Notes under the pieces: generated by a model
The model's database searches: none
Told to the model about the DNA's origin: nothing
Seen by the model: only the letters and a program-made list of their open reading frames with translations
Made by a program: the position numbers and the translations under genes
Part shown: positions 8,753-18,241 of the stretch, in pieces
Layout of the letters: each line of letters opens with the position of its first letter
Position numbering within the stretch: position 1 is the first letter of the stretch
Assembly (NCBI GenBank): GCA_965223075.1
Contig: OZ244986.1
Span: 1,859,591-1,923,590, forward strand
Length of the DNA stretch: 64,000 nt
Reading direction: 5' to 3'
Source: Candidatus Marinacidobacterium sp.
GTDB lineage: Bacteria; Acidobacteriota; Vicinamibacteria; Marinacidobacterales; Marinacidobacteraceae

Positions 8753-11581
8753 TCAGTAGGTGATCTTGACGCCAATCATGAGCCGCCGAGGATCCACAAA
8801 GCGCTCGCCGACACCGAACAGGCTGGAGTCCCAGGTCTGGGACGCCACATCCTCGGGAGATGTCGCATTCATCAGGTTGAGCGCGTCCACGAACACCTCG
8901 AACCGGGTCCTTTCCGCGAGGAACGCGGACTTCGAGATCCGGAAATCCAGCAGGTTCTGATCATCCAGCCGTCTCGATCCGGGGCTTTCGAGATTGACGC
9001 TTCGTCCGCCCTGAGACAGTACGTCTCTTTCCACCCGGCCACGCTGCGCCCACGGCTTGCCGTTGAAGTAAGCGTAGTTCCAGCCGAACAGGACATCAAA
9101 CGGCAGGATCACGGTCCCGGTGATCCGGAAGGTGTGGGTCCGGTCGTTCAGCAGATGCCCCTCCGCATTGATGAACTGGTTCGGGTCGCGGGCCAGCGAA
9201 CTACCGTACACCCGGGTGGTCTGGCTGGATGAGGCCCCGAAACCGCTGGAGGGCAGGAGCCCGTAGGCTCTGGACCAGACATAGGAGACCTGCGCCTGCC
9301 AGTTGTTGGACATCCTCTTTTCGAGGCCGAACACGAGGCCGGTGTAGTCCATGTACATCGAATCGCAACGGTAGGAAACGCCCTCGCAGTCCACGTTGCT
9401 CAGACGGTAGTAGCGGAGGTCGGGATCCGAGGTGATGGGATAGACCTCGATGGTCTGGCCGTTGCCGAAGGTGTGCGACGCCGTCGTATAGGTGGCGTTG
9501 TCCACGTTCCAGCCCAGCAGGTCGTTCTGATCCTTGCGGACGTAGGTGAAGTTGAAGGCGAGACTGGTGCCGAGTTCCCGATCGAAGCCGATGGACATCT
9601 GGTCGGTGACCGGAGACCGGGAATTGGAGTCGTACCCGAAGTCGGTACTCGCCTCGTACTTCGGTCCCTCGATGTCGTACAGCTCGGTGTCGGGATTCCA
9701 GTAGAACTCCTGGGAGCTTGCCTGCCCGGGATGGATGCCGCTCAGTTCACCGGTGATTGCGGTCCGGTAGAACCGCCCCCAGTTGCCACGGAGAATCGTC
9801 TTCCCTTCGTCATCGAGCCGGATGTTGAAGCCGAGCCTCGGCCCGAAGTTGGTCCAACTGAACTGCTCTCCAGCGCCGGCAATGGTTCCCCGCTCGTCGA
9901 AGGTGAGCGCCACGAGGTCGTTCACCAGCAGGTCGTCCACATCCTGGCTGAGGCCGCGCACCGAATCCATCCGCACACCGGCGGAAACGGTGACGCGGTT
10001 GCCAACGTTGATGACATCTTCTACATAGGCCGCCGTTTCCTTGAACTGCCCTCCGATGTTGTAGGTCGTTCCGGTGATGATCCCGTACGGAGTCCCGTCG
10101 CCGTTGATGTAGTAGTAGACCCCGCCAGGGTAGTTGGGGCCGGGCACGTAGCCGCCGTGCACGCTGTGGGAGCCGTCCGTGTACTGGACGCCGAACTTGA
10201 AGTCGTGGTCCGCGCCCAGCCAGTCGCTCGCGTAGTGACTGACCTTCGCCTTCACGTCCGTGCGTGCCTGTTTGAAGATGTCGTACCAAGGGTAGCCGCC
10301 GTACCGGATCCCGTTGTCGATGTCAACGATTCCAGGGACTCCTGGGTTGTTCGACTCGCTGAGGTCGCGCGGGGAGTAGAAACCCGATACTCCGACCTCA
10401 TAGAAGGTGTTGGGGCTGAGGATGTGGGTGATGCGACCGAAGGTCACCGAGGGGTTCTTCCCGCTGAAGGTGGCGATGGTGGAAAAGGGGCGGGACACCG
10501 AAGGGGTGGAGGGAATCACCCAGATGTCGTCGTGGTAGGTGTGCATGAACTTGATGTCCGGCGTGAGGTCGGCCGTCAGTTTCCAGAACATGCGGTGGGC
10601 GCCGAACTTGCGGGGGAAGTCCGGGTTGGCGCCGGGCTGGGTGTCCCAGTCCTGCAGGTACTGGTAGTTGGCGTAGATCCACGCCCGGTCGCGAACGACC
10701 GGCCCCCCGAAATGTACGGTGTAGTCGTCGTAGCGGTCCCGGTTGTACCCCCAACCGCTCGGATCCTCGTCGCCATCGGCGTTGAGCTTGATGGGCTGGG
10801 TAGTCAGCGAGCTGTGCTGCTTGTAACCGGCAGCCGTGATCGTGAAGTCGTTCGTCCCCTGCTTGGTCACCACGTTGAAGACAGCGCCCGCCGCGCTTCC
10901 GTGCTCGGCCGAAGCGCCGAGGGAAACGATCTCCATTTCCTCGATCAGGTCAGTAGCCGGCCACGGCCAGGCGGCGCCGGAAACCGGGGCCGTGAAGTCC
11001 ACCCCGTCCATGAGGTACTTGTTCTCGTCCACCCCGGACCCGAACGCGGAGACGCGGCTGCTCGTGCCGCTCGTCGGGTTGGTGGCCGACATGCCGGGAG
11101 CCGACTTCGTGAAGTCGAAGAAGCTGAACCGGCGGAGCGGGGTGTTCTCCATGTATTCGCTCGAATAGTTCGTGGACACCCCGGACTTGCGGGTGTCCAC
11201 CACCGGGGTTTCGCCGGTGACGGTCACGGTCTCGGCAACAGTGGCAAGGCTGAGCGAGACGTTCCTCTCCGCGGTGCCACCGACCAGCACTTGCATCCCC
11301 TCTTCGATGTACCTCCCGAAACCGGAGAGCTCCACCGTCAGGGTGTAGTCGCCCGGGGGAAGGTTGGGGAACCGGTACTGCCCGGAAGCGTTCGTCACCA
11401 CCGAGCGCGGACCGCCGGGAAGCTGGTCCGAGGAGACGGCCACCGACGTGCCGGGGAGGACAAGTCCCTGATCGTCGGAGACGGTGCCCAGGATCGTGCC
11501 GGTGATCTGGCCGAACGCCGAGCCGGCGCCAAGGACCAATCCGAGCGCCAGCAGGCCTCCAAGTAACTTGCGAATCTTCAT
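8753..11581 (-). CDS. TonB-dependent receptor with N-terminal carboxypeptidase-regulatory-like domain
   Basis: Signal peptide MKIRKLLGGLLALGLVLGAGSAFGQ; CarbopepD_reg motif (TGxIxGxVxD...GxxLPGxxVxV...NASGxYxFxxLPPGxYTLTV); plug and beta-barrel; C-terminal ...GVKITY; start moved to MKIRKL. Confidence 0.8.
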   Translation of the reverse strand: MKIRKLLGGLLALGLVLGAGSAFGQITGTILGTVSDDQGLVLPGTSVAVSSDQLPGGPRSVVTNASGQYRFPNLPPGDYTLTVELSGFGRYIEEGMQVLVGGTAERNVSLSLATVAETVTVTGETPVVDTRKSGVSTNYSSEYMENTPLRRFSFFDFTKSAPGMSATNPTSGTSSRVSAFGSGVDENKYLMDGVDFTAPVSGAAWPWPATDLIEEMEIVSLGASAEHGSAAGAVFNVVTKQGTNDFTITAAGYKQHSSLTTQPIKLNADGDEDPSGWGYNRDRYDDYTVHFGGPVVRDRAWIYANYQYLQDWDTQPGANPDFPRKFGAHRMFWKLTADLTPDIKFMHTYHDDIWVIPSTPSVSRPFSTIATFSGKNPSVTFGRITHILSPNTFYEVGVSGFYSPRDLSESNNPGVPGIVDIDNGIRYGGYPWYDIFKQARTDVKAKVSHYASDWLGADHDFKFGVQYTDGSHSVHGGYVPGPNYPGGVYYYINGDGTPYGIITGTTYNIGGQFKETAAYVEDVINVGNRVTVSAGVRMDSVRGLSQDVDDLLVNDLVALTFDERGTIAGAGEQFSWTNFGPRLGFNIRLDDEGKTILRGNWGRFYRTAITGELSGIHPGQASSQEFYWNPDTELYDIEGPKYEASTDFGYDSNSRSPVTDQMSIGFDRELGTSLAFNFTYVRKDQNDLLGWNVDNATYTTASHTFGNGQTIEVYPITSDPDLRYYRLSNVDCEGVSYRCDSMYMDYTGLVFGLEKRMSNNWQAQVSYVWSRAYGLLPSSGFGASSSQTTRVYGSSLARDPNQFINAEGHLLNDRTHTFRITGTVILPFDVLFGWNYAYFNGKPWAQRGRVERDVLSQGGRSVNLESPGSRRLDDQNLLDFRISKSAFLAERTRFEVFVDALNLMNATSPEDVASQTWDSSLFGVGERFVDPRRLMIGVKITY

Positions 11582-11689
11582 CTTGAGACAACTCCCGAGA
11601 AGCTGGGCGGACCCGCAGAACCCCACGAGACCGCGACTGAGTCACACCAACCGTACGGGTTGGGGCTCTACCGTGTCAAGCGGCGGCGG

Positions 11690-11940
11690 GCGGCGCGGAT
11701 GGAGGCCCGGCTGGCGGGGTTTGCGTGGTCAGCCGGTTCCTTACCGGACGCGGAATTCTCCCCTCGGAGCAACCACGGCTCCTCGCGAACGGTGACCGTG
11801 TGGAGCCGGGTCGCCATCACCTCGCGCGTGAGCACGAGGACCGGGCGCGCCGGTTCGGTGCGCCGAACTGGTGGCGCCAGAGATTCCGCGCCTTACGGTT
11901 CGGGCCCCGGGGCGCTCTGGTCCGGAGGGCGGCGCTCTCC
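11690..11940 (-). pseudogene. MazF/PemK-like toxin remnant (frameshifted paralog of the mazF at 14156-14515)
   Basis: Minus-strand frames give ...NLWRHQFGAPNRR / APVLVLTREVMATRLHTVTV, matching MazF DLWLYQFGGPDRRRPVLVLTRDSIANRLHTVAV; nucleotides 11795-11890 are ~75-80% identical to 14395-14490; at least two frame changes. Confidence 0.45.
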
Positions 11941-12102
11941 TATCCGGGCATCACCTTCTCATGGTGCGTACGTGCGGAGACGGGAACGTCCCACGAATCC
12001 ACACTACGGGGTTTCGTCGCCCTGCCGGGCGACGATGCCGCGTCCCGACCGGGACAACTGGCGGAGGTCGGCGGTCCCTTCCGCGGCCCCTCTCTGCGGA
12101 AG

Positions 12103-12548
12103 TCAGCGGCTGAGGCTCCCCGCCGCGGATCGAGTCTCGGGGAGCAGCCGCAAACGTTCGCAGTGCGCAGGTCGAACGACCCCGAAGTGCCGGCGATCCA
12201 GCGTCGCCAGCTTCGTCTCACCGAGCGACTCGCATATCGCGATCACCGCGGCATCAACGAAACCCAGTTCGAGGTCCACTTACTGGTGCGCCAAATCGAC
12301 GGCCCGCAGCCGTTCCCGCGCGCCCAGTTCCGCCACCAGGTACGCGCCCGCATTCATGTCCTCGACGAAGGCTCGCCAGACATCGGGATGCATTCGCTTG
12401 CAGATCCAATAGTCAATCTCGACCAGGGTCGGGGCAACGACAACGAGCGGCTCTCGGGTTGTTCCGAGCAGCCGCGCATAGGCGTCGTGGCAGGCCTCGT
12501 CGCGGTCGAGCGCAGCAACTATCGGCCGGTATCCAGTACGAGCGCCAT
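12103..12548 (-). pseudogene. PIN-domain VapC-like toxin, disrupted by a frameshift after codon 8 and an in-frame TAA
   Basis: ATG GCG CTC GTA CTG GAT ACC GGC (MALVLDTG) then a 1-nt frame change into PIVAALDRDEACHDAYARLL...; in-frame TAA (DLAHQ*VDLELGFVDAAVIAICESLGETKLATLDRRHFGVVRP) inside the conserved PIN C-terminus. Confidence 0.55.
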
Positions 12549-12800
12549 TCAAGCGCTCCAGGGAGTCCGAGCCGGAGACCCTTCGTCCTCGACGCTTCGC
12601 TGCGAAAGATCGACGCTTCCGCTGGCTCCGATTCCCAGGCGGGGTCTCCGCTGGGACGGGATTTCCGACGCCCGCTGAGCAACGATCTCGCTGAGGACAG
12701 CGTTCAGCGAGACTCCCAGTTGCCCGGCTTCGGCGCGAATTCTCTCAAGATCGGCGGCGGCAACGGTAAGCGTGGTCCGTCGTTTCAGGGCTTTGTGAGG
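12549..12800 (-). CDS. ribbon-helix-helix (CopG/VapB-like) antitoxin lacking an ATG/GTG/TTG start (CTG candidate)
   Basis: Frame between TAG (12801-12803) and TGA (12549-12551) encodes (L)KRRTTLTVAAADLERIRAEAGQLGVSLNAVLSEIVAQRA, a typical RHH antitoxin N-terminus; its TGA directly abuts the ATG of the PIN pseudogene. Confidence 0.45.
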   Translation of the reverse strand, partial: PHKALKRRTTLTVAAADLERIRAEAGQLGVSLNAVLSEIVAQRASEIPSQRRPRLGIGASGSVDLSQRSVEDEGSPARTPWSA

Positions 12801-13019
12801 CTAGCATCAGCATCTGATGCATGGCCACGTCACGAATACCGTCCGATGGTGCTCCGCATGGCGCCACGGGGCGTCGGCGATGCCTGCCTGAAATCCCCCA
12901 CCGGGGGAAATCGCGTGATCGGCTCCTCACGCACACTTTCGCCCGTCAAGAAGGCACGGCCCGGGCAGGGGGAGCAGTGAGCGGTCGCGCCCTCCGGCGT
13001 TGAGAGTTGGTGCGGCCCT

Positions 13020-13420
13020 CACGCTGGCATGGCGCAGCATCATCCGCGCTGGTTTCGCGCTCCCGCGCGTGCCGGGCCCCACCGGGAAAACCCTCATGAT
13101 CGGGTCCTCCTGCACACCCCGCCGGGCATGAAAATGGCGCGGAACTCACGCTGGCTTGACGCCGAGTCATCGGCCCTGGTTTCGCGCTCCCGCGCGTGCC
13201 GACCAGAGGTCGGCGTTCCAAGCCGTCCCCGCCATCGCGCCATCGGCTATACGCGCTCGCCCTGTCAGCATCCGGTCGCGGCTGCATTTTCACAGCAACT
13301 GCCCGGAGGTCGGCGTTCCAAGCCGTCCCCGCTCTTCTTCCTGATCGGCGGAGCGCGGACTTCGCGGCCCTGGGGGCCGCGGTGCCGGTGTGAACACCGG
13401 CGTTCCCTGCCTACCCGCGG
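13020..13420. repeat. cluster of REP/BIME-like palindromic repeats
   Basis: Two copies of CTGGTTTCGCGCTCCCGCGCGTGCCG, two copies of GAGGTCGGCGTTCCAAGCCGTCCCCGC (hairpin CCGACCAGAGGTCGG), and GGTGCCGGTGTGAACACCGGCGTTCCC; shared with the 35.7-36.0 kb and 54.48 kb sites. Confidence 0.5.
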
Positions 13421-13848
13421 AGCGGATTGTGGGTGCGCAGTTCGGGGAAGAGCGAGAAATCGCGGTCGGCGGTGAACAGGACATCCACTCCGTGAGCGAC
13501 GCAGATGGCGGCGATGTGGGCATCGTGGACGACCCTGCCACGGACACGCGGCCGACACATGAACTCGGGCAGGATTTCCAGGAAGCCCCTCGTCGGACCG
13601 ACGACGCGGTTGGAAGGCGAGGCGGCCATGCTGGCGAACTGTCCCCAAGCGACTTCCGCGCGCGTGGCGTCCGTCTTCCAGATCCGCCGATTCGTCACCA
13701 CGCTCAGAAACTCGAAACAGCACGGCCAGGGGATGGTCCAGGAGGCATGACCTTCAATCAGCCTCTCCAGGACGGTTCGCGCCTCTCGGTGATGGACCGA
13801 ATCGCGACGGTGCGCATACACCAGCAGATTCGTGTCCACCGCAATCAT
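13411..13848 (-). CDS. vapC: type II toxin VapC (PIN domain)
   Basis: MIAVDTNLLVYA... with conserved PIN acidic residues (D5, E, D, TADRDF); overlaps the upstream antitoxin by 4 nt. Confidence 0.8.
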   Translation of the reverse strand: MIAVDTNLLVYAHRRDSVHHREARTVLERLIEGHASWTIPWPCCFEFLSVVTNRRIWKTDATRAEVAWGQFASMAASPSNRVVGPTRGFLEILPEFMCRPRVRGRVVHDAHIAAICVAHGVDVLFTADRDFSLFPELRTHNPLRG

Positions 13849-14099
13849 TTGTTCCAGTCCCAGCGGTCTTCGTAGATCAGATCACGCAGCTCTTCCCACG
13901 AGTACTCTGCGAGCGGATCCGGCCCATCCGGGTTCCCGACACTCAAGTCCGGCCATTTGTACGGCTTCTGCGTCTTCGGCTCGTCGAGCGTGCGTCGAAG
14001 TCCCTCCTCGATTACCGACCGGAGCGTAGTGCCGTTCTCCCGGGCGTGGTGCTTGGCGCGAAGAAGCAAGGCATCGTGAATCTCAACCGTCGTCTTCAT
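13845..14099 (-). CDS. vapB: type II antitoxin VapB-like
   Basis: 84 aa, MKTTVEIHDALLLRAKHHARENGTTLRSVIEEGLRR (RHH/AbrB-like antitoxin N-terminus), translationally coupled to vapC. Confidence 0.65.
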   Translation of the reverse strand: MKTTVEIHDALLLRAKHHARENGTTLRSVIEEGLRRTLDEPKTQKPYKWPDLSVGNPDGPDPLAEYSWEELRDLIYEDRWDWNK

Positions 14100-14145
14100 G
14101 CACCCATATTACCCATATTCTGGATTACGGGCCATATGGGCCAAC
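14100..14145. promoter_or_regulatory. AT-rich direct/inverted repeats upstream of vapB (putative operator/promoter)
   Basis: CACCCATATTACCCATATTC direct repeat plus CCATATGG palindrome immediately upstream of the vapB start, in an otherwise ~70% GC context. Confidence 0.35.
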
Positions 14146-14155
14146 AGCAACCGCG

Positions 14156-14515
14156 TCAGAACACGAATGGTTCCTCGCGGACCATGGTGGCTTCACAACC
14201 GAACGCGGCGTTCAGCGCCTTGCAGACCTCGAACATCCGGCCTGGACCGAGGCGGCCGATCCACTGGCGCAAATCGGCCCGCGGCACCGTCTGGACATGG
14301 TCCAGATTCACCACGGAGTCGTGTTTCAGACCGTGCGCTACCCCGACGCGAACCTCCGTCTCTGTTCCACGGATCGTCGAGGTGACCGGCGCAACCGCAA
14401 CCGTGTGGAGGCGGTTCGCTATCGAATCGCGCGTCAGCACGAGGACCGGGCGCCGGCGATCAGGGCCGCCGAACTGATAGAGCCAGAGGTCTCCGCGGGC
14501 TACGGTTCGCGCCAC
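14156..14515 (-). CDS. mazF: type II toxin MazF/PemK family endoribonuclease
   Basis: RGDLWLYQFGGPDRRRPVLVLTRDSIANRLHTVAVAPVTS...; MazF/PemK fold signature; overlaps the upstream antitoxin. Confidence 0.8.
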   Translation of the reverse strand: MARTVARGDLWLYQFGGPDRRRPVLVLTRDSIANRLHTVAVAPVTSTIRGTETEVRVGVAHGLKHDSVVNLDHVQTVPRADLRQWIGRLGPGRMFEVCKALNAAFGCEATMVREEPFVF

Positions 14516-14739
14516 GCGGCAGCCGCCTCGGTCCAGCCTTCTAACTCTTCGTGGATGGGCGGAAAGTCCGGCCCGTAGCCGCGGATCAGCGCCTCGTCGA
14601 TGCGCTGGGATTCCCGGCGCTGGAGATACGCCTCCGCAATCCGCCGCACGACCTCGGAACGGCCCAACTGGCGCACGATCTCGTCAGCGTCCAACCGCGC
14701 CAGCAGATCCTCGGAGAAATTGATCTGTACTGCTCTCAT
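14500..14739 (-). CDS. RHH/MazE-like antitoxin
   Basis: 79 aa, MRAVQINFSEDLLARLD... RHH-type N-terminus, overlapping mazF by 16 nt. Confidence 0.6.
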   Translation of the reverse strand: MRAVQINFSEDLLARLDADEIVRQLGRSEVVRRIAEAYLQRRESQRIDEALIRGYGPDFPPIHEELEGWTEAAAAWREP

Positions 14740-14740
14740 G

Positions 14741-14790
14741 GTGGCACATTACCACATAGATCTATATGTATATATCAACATGTTTCTCGA
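14741..14790. promoter_or_regulatory. AT-rich palindromic region upstream of the mazE-like gene (putative autoregulatory operator/promoter)
   Basis: GTGGCACATTACCAC inverted repeat and perfect palindrome ATAGATCTAT (14756-14765) followed by TATGTATATAT, directly 5' of the antitoxin start codon. Confidence 0.4.
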
Positions 14791-14837
14791 CACCCGACCG
14801 ACGCGACCCTGGGTTCTCCGGCGATAATCTGGCCGAC

Positions 14838-17141
14838 ATGCTCCCGCCCTGGCGCCTGCGGTTCGGCGCCGCCGGTATTGGCCTCGCCCTGCTCACTGGC
14901 GCGGGCTGTTCCGGGGTCCCCGGCGGGACGGACCCCGTCCGCCCGTTGAACGTGGTGGTGGTCACGCTCGACACCCTGTCGGCGCGGCATCTCAGCCAGT
15001 ACGGCAACGACCGCATCGAAACGCCCGCGTTCGGCCGGGTCGCCGCCGAGGGAGTGCTCTTCGAGCAGGCAACCGCCACGGTTCCGCTCACGCTGCCCTC
15101 CCACACCTCGATGTTCACCGGGACCTACCCGATGTTCCACGGGGTCCGGGACAACGGCGGCTACTACGTGCGCGAGGACTCCGAGACGCTCGCGGAAGTG
15201 CTTCGGGACGCGGGGTATCGAACGGGCGGTTTCGTGGCCGCCTTCGTGGTGGACTCCCGCTGGGGTCTGGATCAGGGGTTCGAGCGCTACTACGACGACT
15301 TCAACTTCCGCGAGTTCGAGCGCATCAGCCTCGACAGCGTTCAGCGTCCCGGAGACGAGGTCCTCGACGCGGCGCTCGCCTGGATGGACGAAGTGAAGGA
15401 CGAACGCTTCTTCTCCTGGATCCATCTCTACGACCCGCATTGGCCCTACGAGGCGCCGGAGCCCTGGGCGTCCCGGGTCAGCGGTTATTCGGACGCTCCT
15501 TACGACGCAGAAGTGCTGTTCACCGATTCCCTGGTCGGGCAGTTGCTCAACTGGCTGGACGAGAACGAGCTTCGAGAGGACACCCTGCTCGTCCTGATCG
15601 GCGACCACGGCGAGAGTCTGGGACGGCACCGGGAGGGAGCCCACGGATTCTTCATCTACGACGCCTCGATGCAGGTGCCCTTTCTGCTCCGAGCGCCGTA
15701 CCGTCAAATCGCCAGCGGGCGGCGGGTCCCGGCGCAGGTGCGCGGGATCGACCTGATGCCCACCGTGCTCGACCTCGTCGGCGTGCCGGTGCCCGGAGTC
15801 GTCCAGGGTGCGAGCCTTGTGCCGCTCGCGGACGGAACGGAAACCGACCTGGGACTCTGGGCTTACTCGGAAAGCCTCTATCCCAGAAACCACTACGGGT
15901 GGTCCCCGCTCCGCTCGCTCCGAAACGGCCTGCTCCACTTCATCTCGGCGCCAAGGCCGGAACTCTTCGAGGTGCTCGACGATCCGGGGGAAGCGAGCAA
16001 CCTCGCTCCCGATCGGCCCGGGCAGGTGCGGCAGCTCCAGACGCGACTCGACCAGTTGGTTGCCGAGCTGGGGCAAGAAGGAGCCGACGAACAGGCGCCG
16101 GAAACCCTGGACGAAGAGACCCGGGCTCAGCTCGCCGCTCTCGGCTATCTGGGAGGCTCCTCCCGAGTCCGGGTGGACGAAGGCGAGCCGCTCGCCGATC
16201 CCAAGGACAAGGTCGTTCTCTACAACCTGCTGAAGGCGGCGGGCACCGACTCCACCGAGGACCGGATCGAGGAAGCAATGGCCAAGGTGGAGCGGGTGCT
16301 TGCCGAGGACTCCGGCATCCTCGAGGCCCATCTGATCCTCGGCAACCTCTTCGTGAAGCAGGAAGACTGGGACGGGGCTATCGGCGCCTACCGGGAAGCG
16401 CTGTCCCTTGACCCCGAATACAAGTCCGCGATCCTGGGCCTCGCCGACGCCTACCGGCTGGCCGCGCGCTACGACGAGGCCGCCGCCGGCTACCGGCGGC
16501 TCCTGGAACTCGACCCCAACGACAACAAGGCGTTCTACCACCTCGCGGAAATCCACGCCGCCCGGGAGGAGTACGAGGAGGCGCTCGAAGTGCTCGCCGG
16601 CCTCGAGGCGACGGGCGAGGAGCGGGCGCCGGCGCGCAATCTGAAGGGGCAGTGCCTCCTGAGCCTCGGGCGCCTCGACGAGGCCGAGGGCGAACTCCGC
16701 CTCGCGCTCGAGATGGACGACCTGCTCTCGGACGCCTGGTTCAACCTGGCGCTGCTGTACGAGGAACGGGGCGACGGTTCCCGCGCCATCGAGGCCTACG
16801 AAACGCGCCTCGACATGGCTCCGAAGGATTTTCGGTCCCACTTCAACGTCGCGAAGCTCTACGGCGCGATGGGCGATCGGGACCGGATGGAGGCATCCTT
16901 CCGGGCCGCCATCGGGCACAACGACGAGTTCGCGGTCGGCCACCTGTATCTCGCCAAGGCGCTTCTCGACCGCGGAGAACTACTAGAAGCCGAAGAGACC
17001 GCGCTCCGCGGTCTGGCCCTCGAACCCGAGCCGGAAATGGCGCCCCTCGGGCACTTCGTGCTGGCGGACATCTACAACCGCCAGGGGCGAACGGCCGAGG
17101 CCGAGCGCGAAGTTCGCCGCGCGCAGTCCTACCGGAGATAG
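14838..17141 (+). CDS. sulfatase-like hydrolase fused to C-terminal TPR repeats
   Basis: Signal peptide; N-terminal ~450 aa alkaline-phosphatase/sulfatase fold (VVVTLDTLSARHL, PSHTSMFTG, GDHGE); C-terminal ~300 aa TPR repeats; start moved to MLPPWRL. Confidence 0.75.
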   Translation: MLPPWRLRFGAAGIGLALLTGAGCSGVPGGTDPVRPLNVVVVTLDTLSARHLSQYGNDRIETPAFGRVAAEGVLFEQATATVPLTLPSHTSMFTGTYPMFHGVRDNGGYYVREDSETLAEVLRDAGYRTGGFVAAFVVDSRWGLDQGFERYYDDFNFREFERISLDSVQRPGDEVLDAALAWMDEVKDERFFSWIHLYDPHWPYEAPEPWASRVSGYSDAPYDAEVLFTDSLVGQLLNWLDENELREDTLLVLIGDHGESLGRHREGAHGFFIYDASMQVPFLLRAPYRQIASGRRVPAQVRGIDLMPTVLDLVGVPVPGVVQGASLVPLADGTETDLGLWAYSESLYPRNHYGWSPLRSLRNGLLHFISAPRPELFEVLDDPGEASNLAPDRPGQVRQLQTRLDQLVAELGQEGADEQAPETLDEETRAQLAALGYLGGSSRVRVDEGEPLADPKDKVVLYNLLKAAGTDSTEDRIEEAMAKVERVLAEDSGILEAHLILGNLFVKQEDWDGAIGAYREALSLDPEYKSAILGLADAYRLAARYDEAAAGYRRLLELDPNDNKAFYHLAEIHAAREEYEEALEVLAGLEATGEERAPARNLKGQCLLSLGRLDEAEGELRLALEMDDLLSDAWFNLALLYEERGDGSRAIEAYETRLDMAPKDFRSHFNVAKLYGAMGDRDRMEASFRAAIGHNDEFAVGHLYLAKALLDRGELLEAEETALRGLALEPEPEMAPLGHFVLADIYNRQGRTAEAEREVRRAQSYRR

Positions 17142-17160
17142 TCGGCCCTGCGAAGGGGCG

Positions 17161-17417
17161 TAGCAGCCTGTGGCAAAACCCACGCGGCCCAGTTCTCCCG
17201 GTGGGGGCTCGACCGGCGATCCATCCCGGCTGCACCACTCCGCTTCGCTGCATTCTGCGTTGCGTTTCGGTCGAAATACACCCGGGCCAGCTCTCCCGGT
17301 GGGGGCTCCTCCCTCACGCGCCTTGTCAGCCGGGCCCCCACCGGGAGGACTGGCCCCACCGGGAGAACTGGGCCTCACCGGTCTCGGCGCTCACGTGAGT
17401 TTCACCACCGGCTGCTA
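17161..17417 (+). mobile_element. MITE copy (257 bp with an internal duplication), TA-flanked
   Basis: Same TIRs as the 1622-1806 copy; internal segment CAGCTCTCCCGGTGGGGGCTC and CCCACCGGGAG repeated; lies between the sulfatase stop and the phosphoesterase start. Confidence 0.6.
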
Positions 17418-17428
17418 GGAGAAACCGA

Positions 17429-18241
17429 TTGCGGTTCGATCTGGTTTCGGATGTCCATCAGGACATCGGCTGGCGCGGCCGGCCTCTCCGCACCGGTGAT
17501 TCGGAGACGCTGGTGATCGCCGGCGATGTGGGCAACGGGGTCGAGGTGACGGCGGGCGCGGTGACCGCGCTGGCCCGGGAGTACGGGCAAGTCGTGTTCG
17601 TGGACGGGAACCACGAGTTCTATTCGTCAGGAGGCCGAATCGACCGGACGCGGGATCGGCTCCAGGAAGCGTTCCCCGCGAATGTCCACTATCTCGACCG
17701 GAAAGGGCCGTTCCGTCTCGGCAACACGGCTTTCGCCGGCGCAAACGGCTGGTACCAATTCCATGAGCCGTCTTCCGGTTCGTTTCGGGCGCAATCGGAG
17801 TGGTGGAGCTGGCGCTCCAACGACGCGCGGCTCGTCTTCCCGGGGGGCGACCCGCAGCAGGCGCTGGAACGGTGGAAGGAATCGAAGCGCACGCTGTTCC
17901 GCCAGCTCGAATGCGCCCGCGACGATCCAGCCGTCGAGCATGTCGTCGTCGTGACGCACTCGGTTCCCCATTCCGGCGGTCTCCGGGAAGGCTATGAGCC
18001 GGCGTCGAACGGCTCCTACTACAACGGGCTGTTCGAGGAAGCGAAAAACGCCGGCGGCGGACTCCTCGACAAGGTGCGCGTCTGGTGCTTCGGGCACACC
18101 CACCACCCGGCGTTCTTCCGGGACCGGATGCCCGGGGGCGATGTCTGGTTCGTCGCCAACCCGCGCGGTTACGGACACGAGCGCCACAACCCGCGGCGCA
18201 ACCGCACCGTCGAAGTCGAGGTGGAGAACCCCGGCTACTGA
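17429..18241 (+). CDS. calcineurin-like metallophosphoesterase
   Basis: Motifs DVHQD, GDVGN, GNHEF, GHTH. Confidence 0.75.
   Translation: MRFDLVSDVHQDIGWRGRPLRTGDSETLVIAGDVGNGVEVTAGAVTALAREYGQVVFVDGNHEFYSSGGRIDRTRDRLQEAFPANVHYLDRKGPFRLGNTAFAGANGWYQFHEPSSGSFRAQSEWWSWRSNDARLVFPGGDPQQALERWKESKRTLFRQLECARDDPAVEHVVVVTHSVPHSGGLREGYEPASNGSYYNGLFEEAKNAGGGLLDKVRVWCFGHTHHPAFFRDRMPGGDVWFVANPRGYGHERHNPRRNRTVEVEVENPGY

Noticed and set aside
11660-12412. Plus-strand ORFs 11660-12412 and 11725-12678
   Set aside because: They overlap the minus-strand MazF/PIN remnants, which have clear family similarity, and are Arg/Ser-rich antisense artefacts.
13196-13235. Possible tRNA-like 3' end (GGCGTTCCAAGCCGTCCCCGCCA)
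   Set aside because: No cloverleaf can be drawn. The T-loop-like GTTCCAAGCC lacks the conserved GTTCGAATC-type pattern, and the motif is part of the CCGACCAGAGGTCGG hairpin repeat family.
13029-13475. ORFs inside the REP clusters and MITEs (e.g. 13029-13475, 35662-36117, 5157-5684, 1135-2061, 16652-17398)
   Set aside because: Their peptides recur (RRSKPSP..., PEVGVPSRPR...) only because the underlying palindromic repeats recur in both orientations. No coding features.
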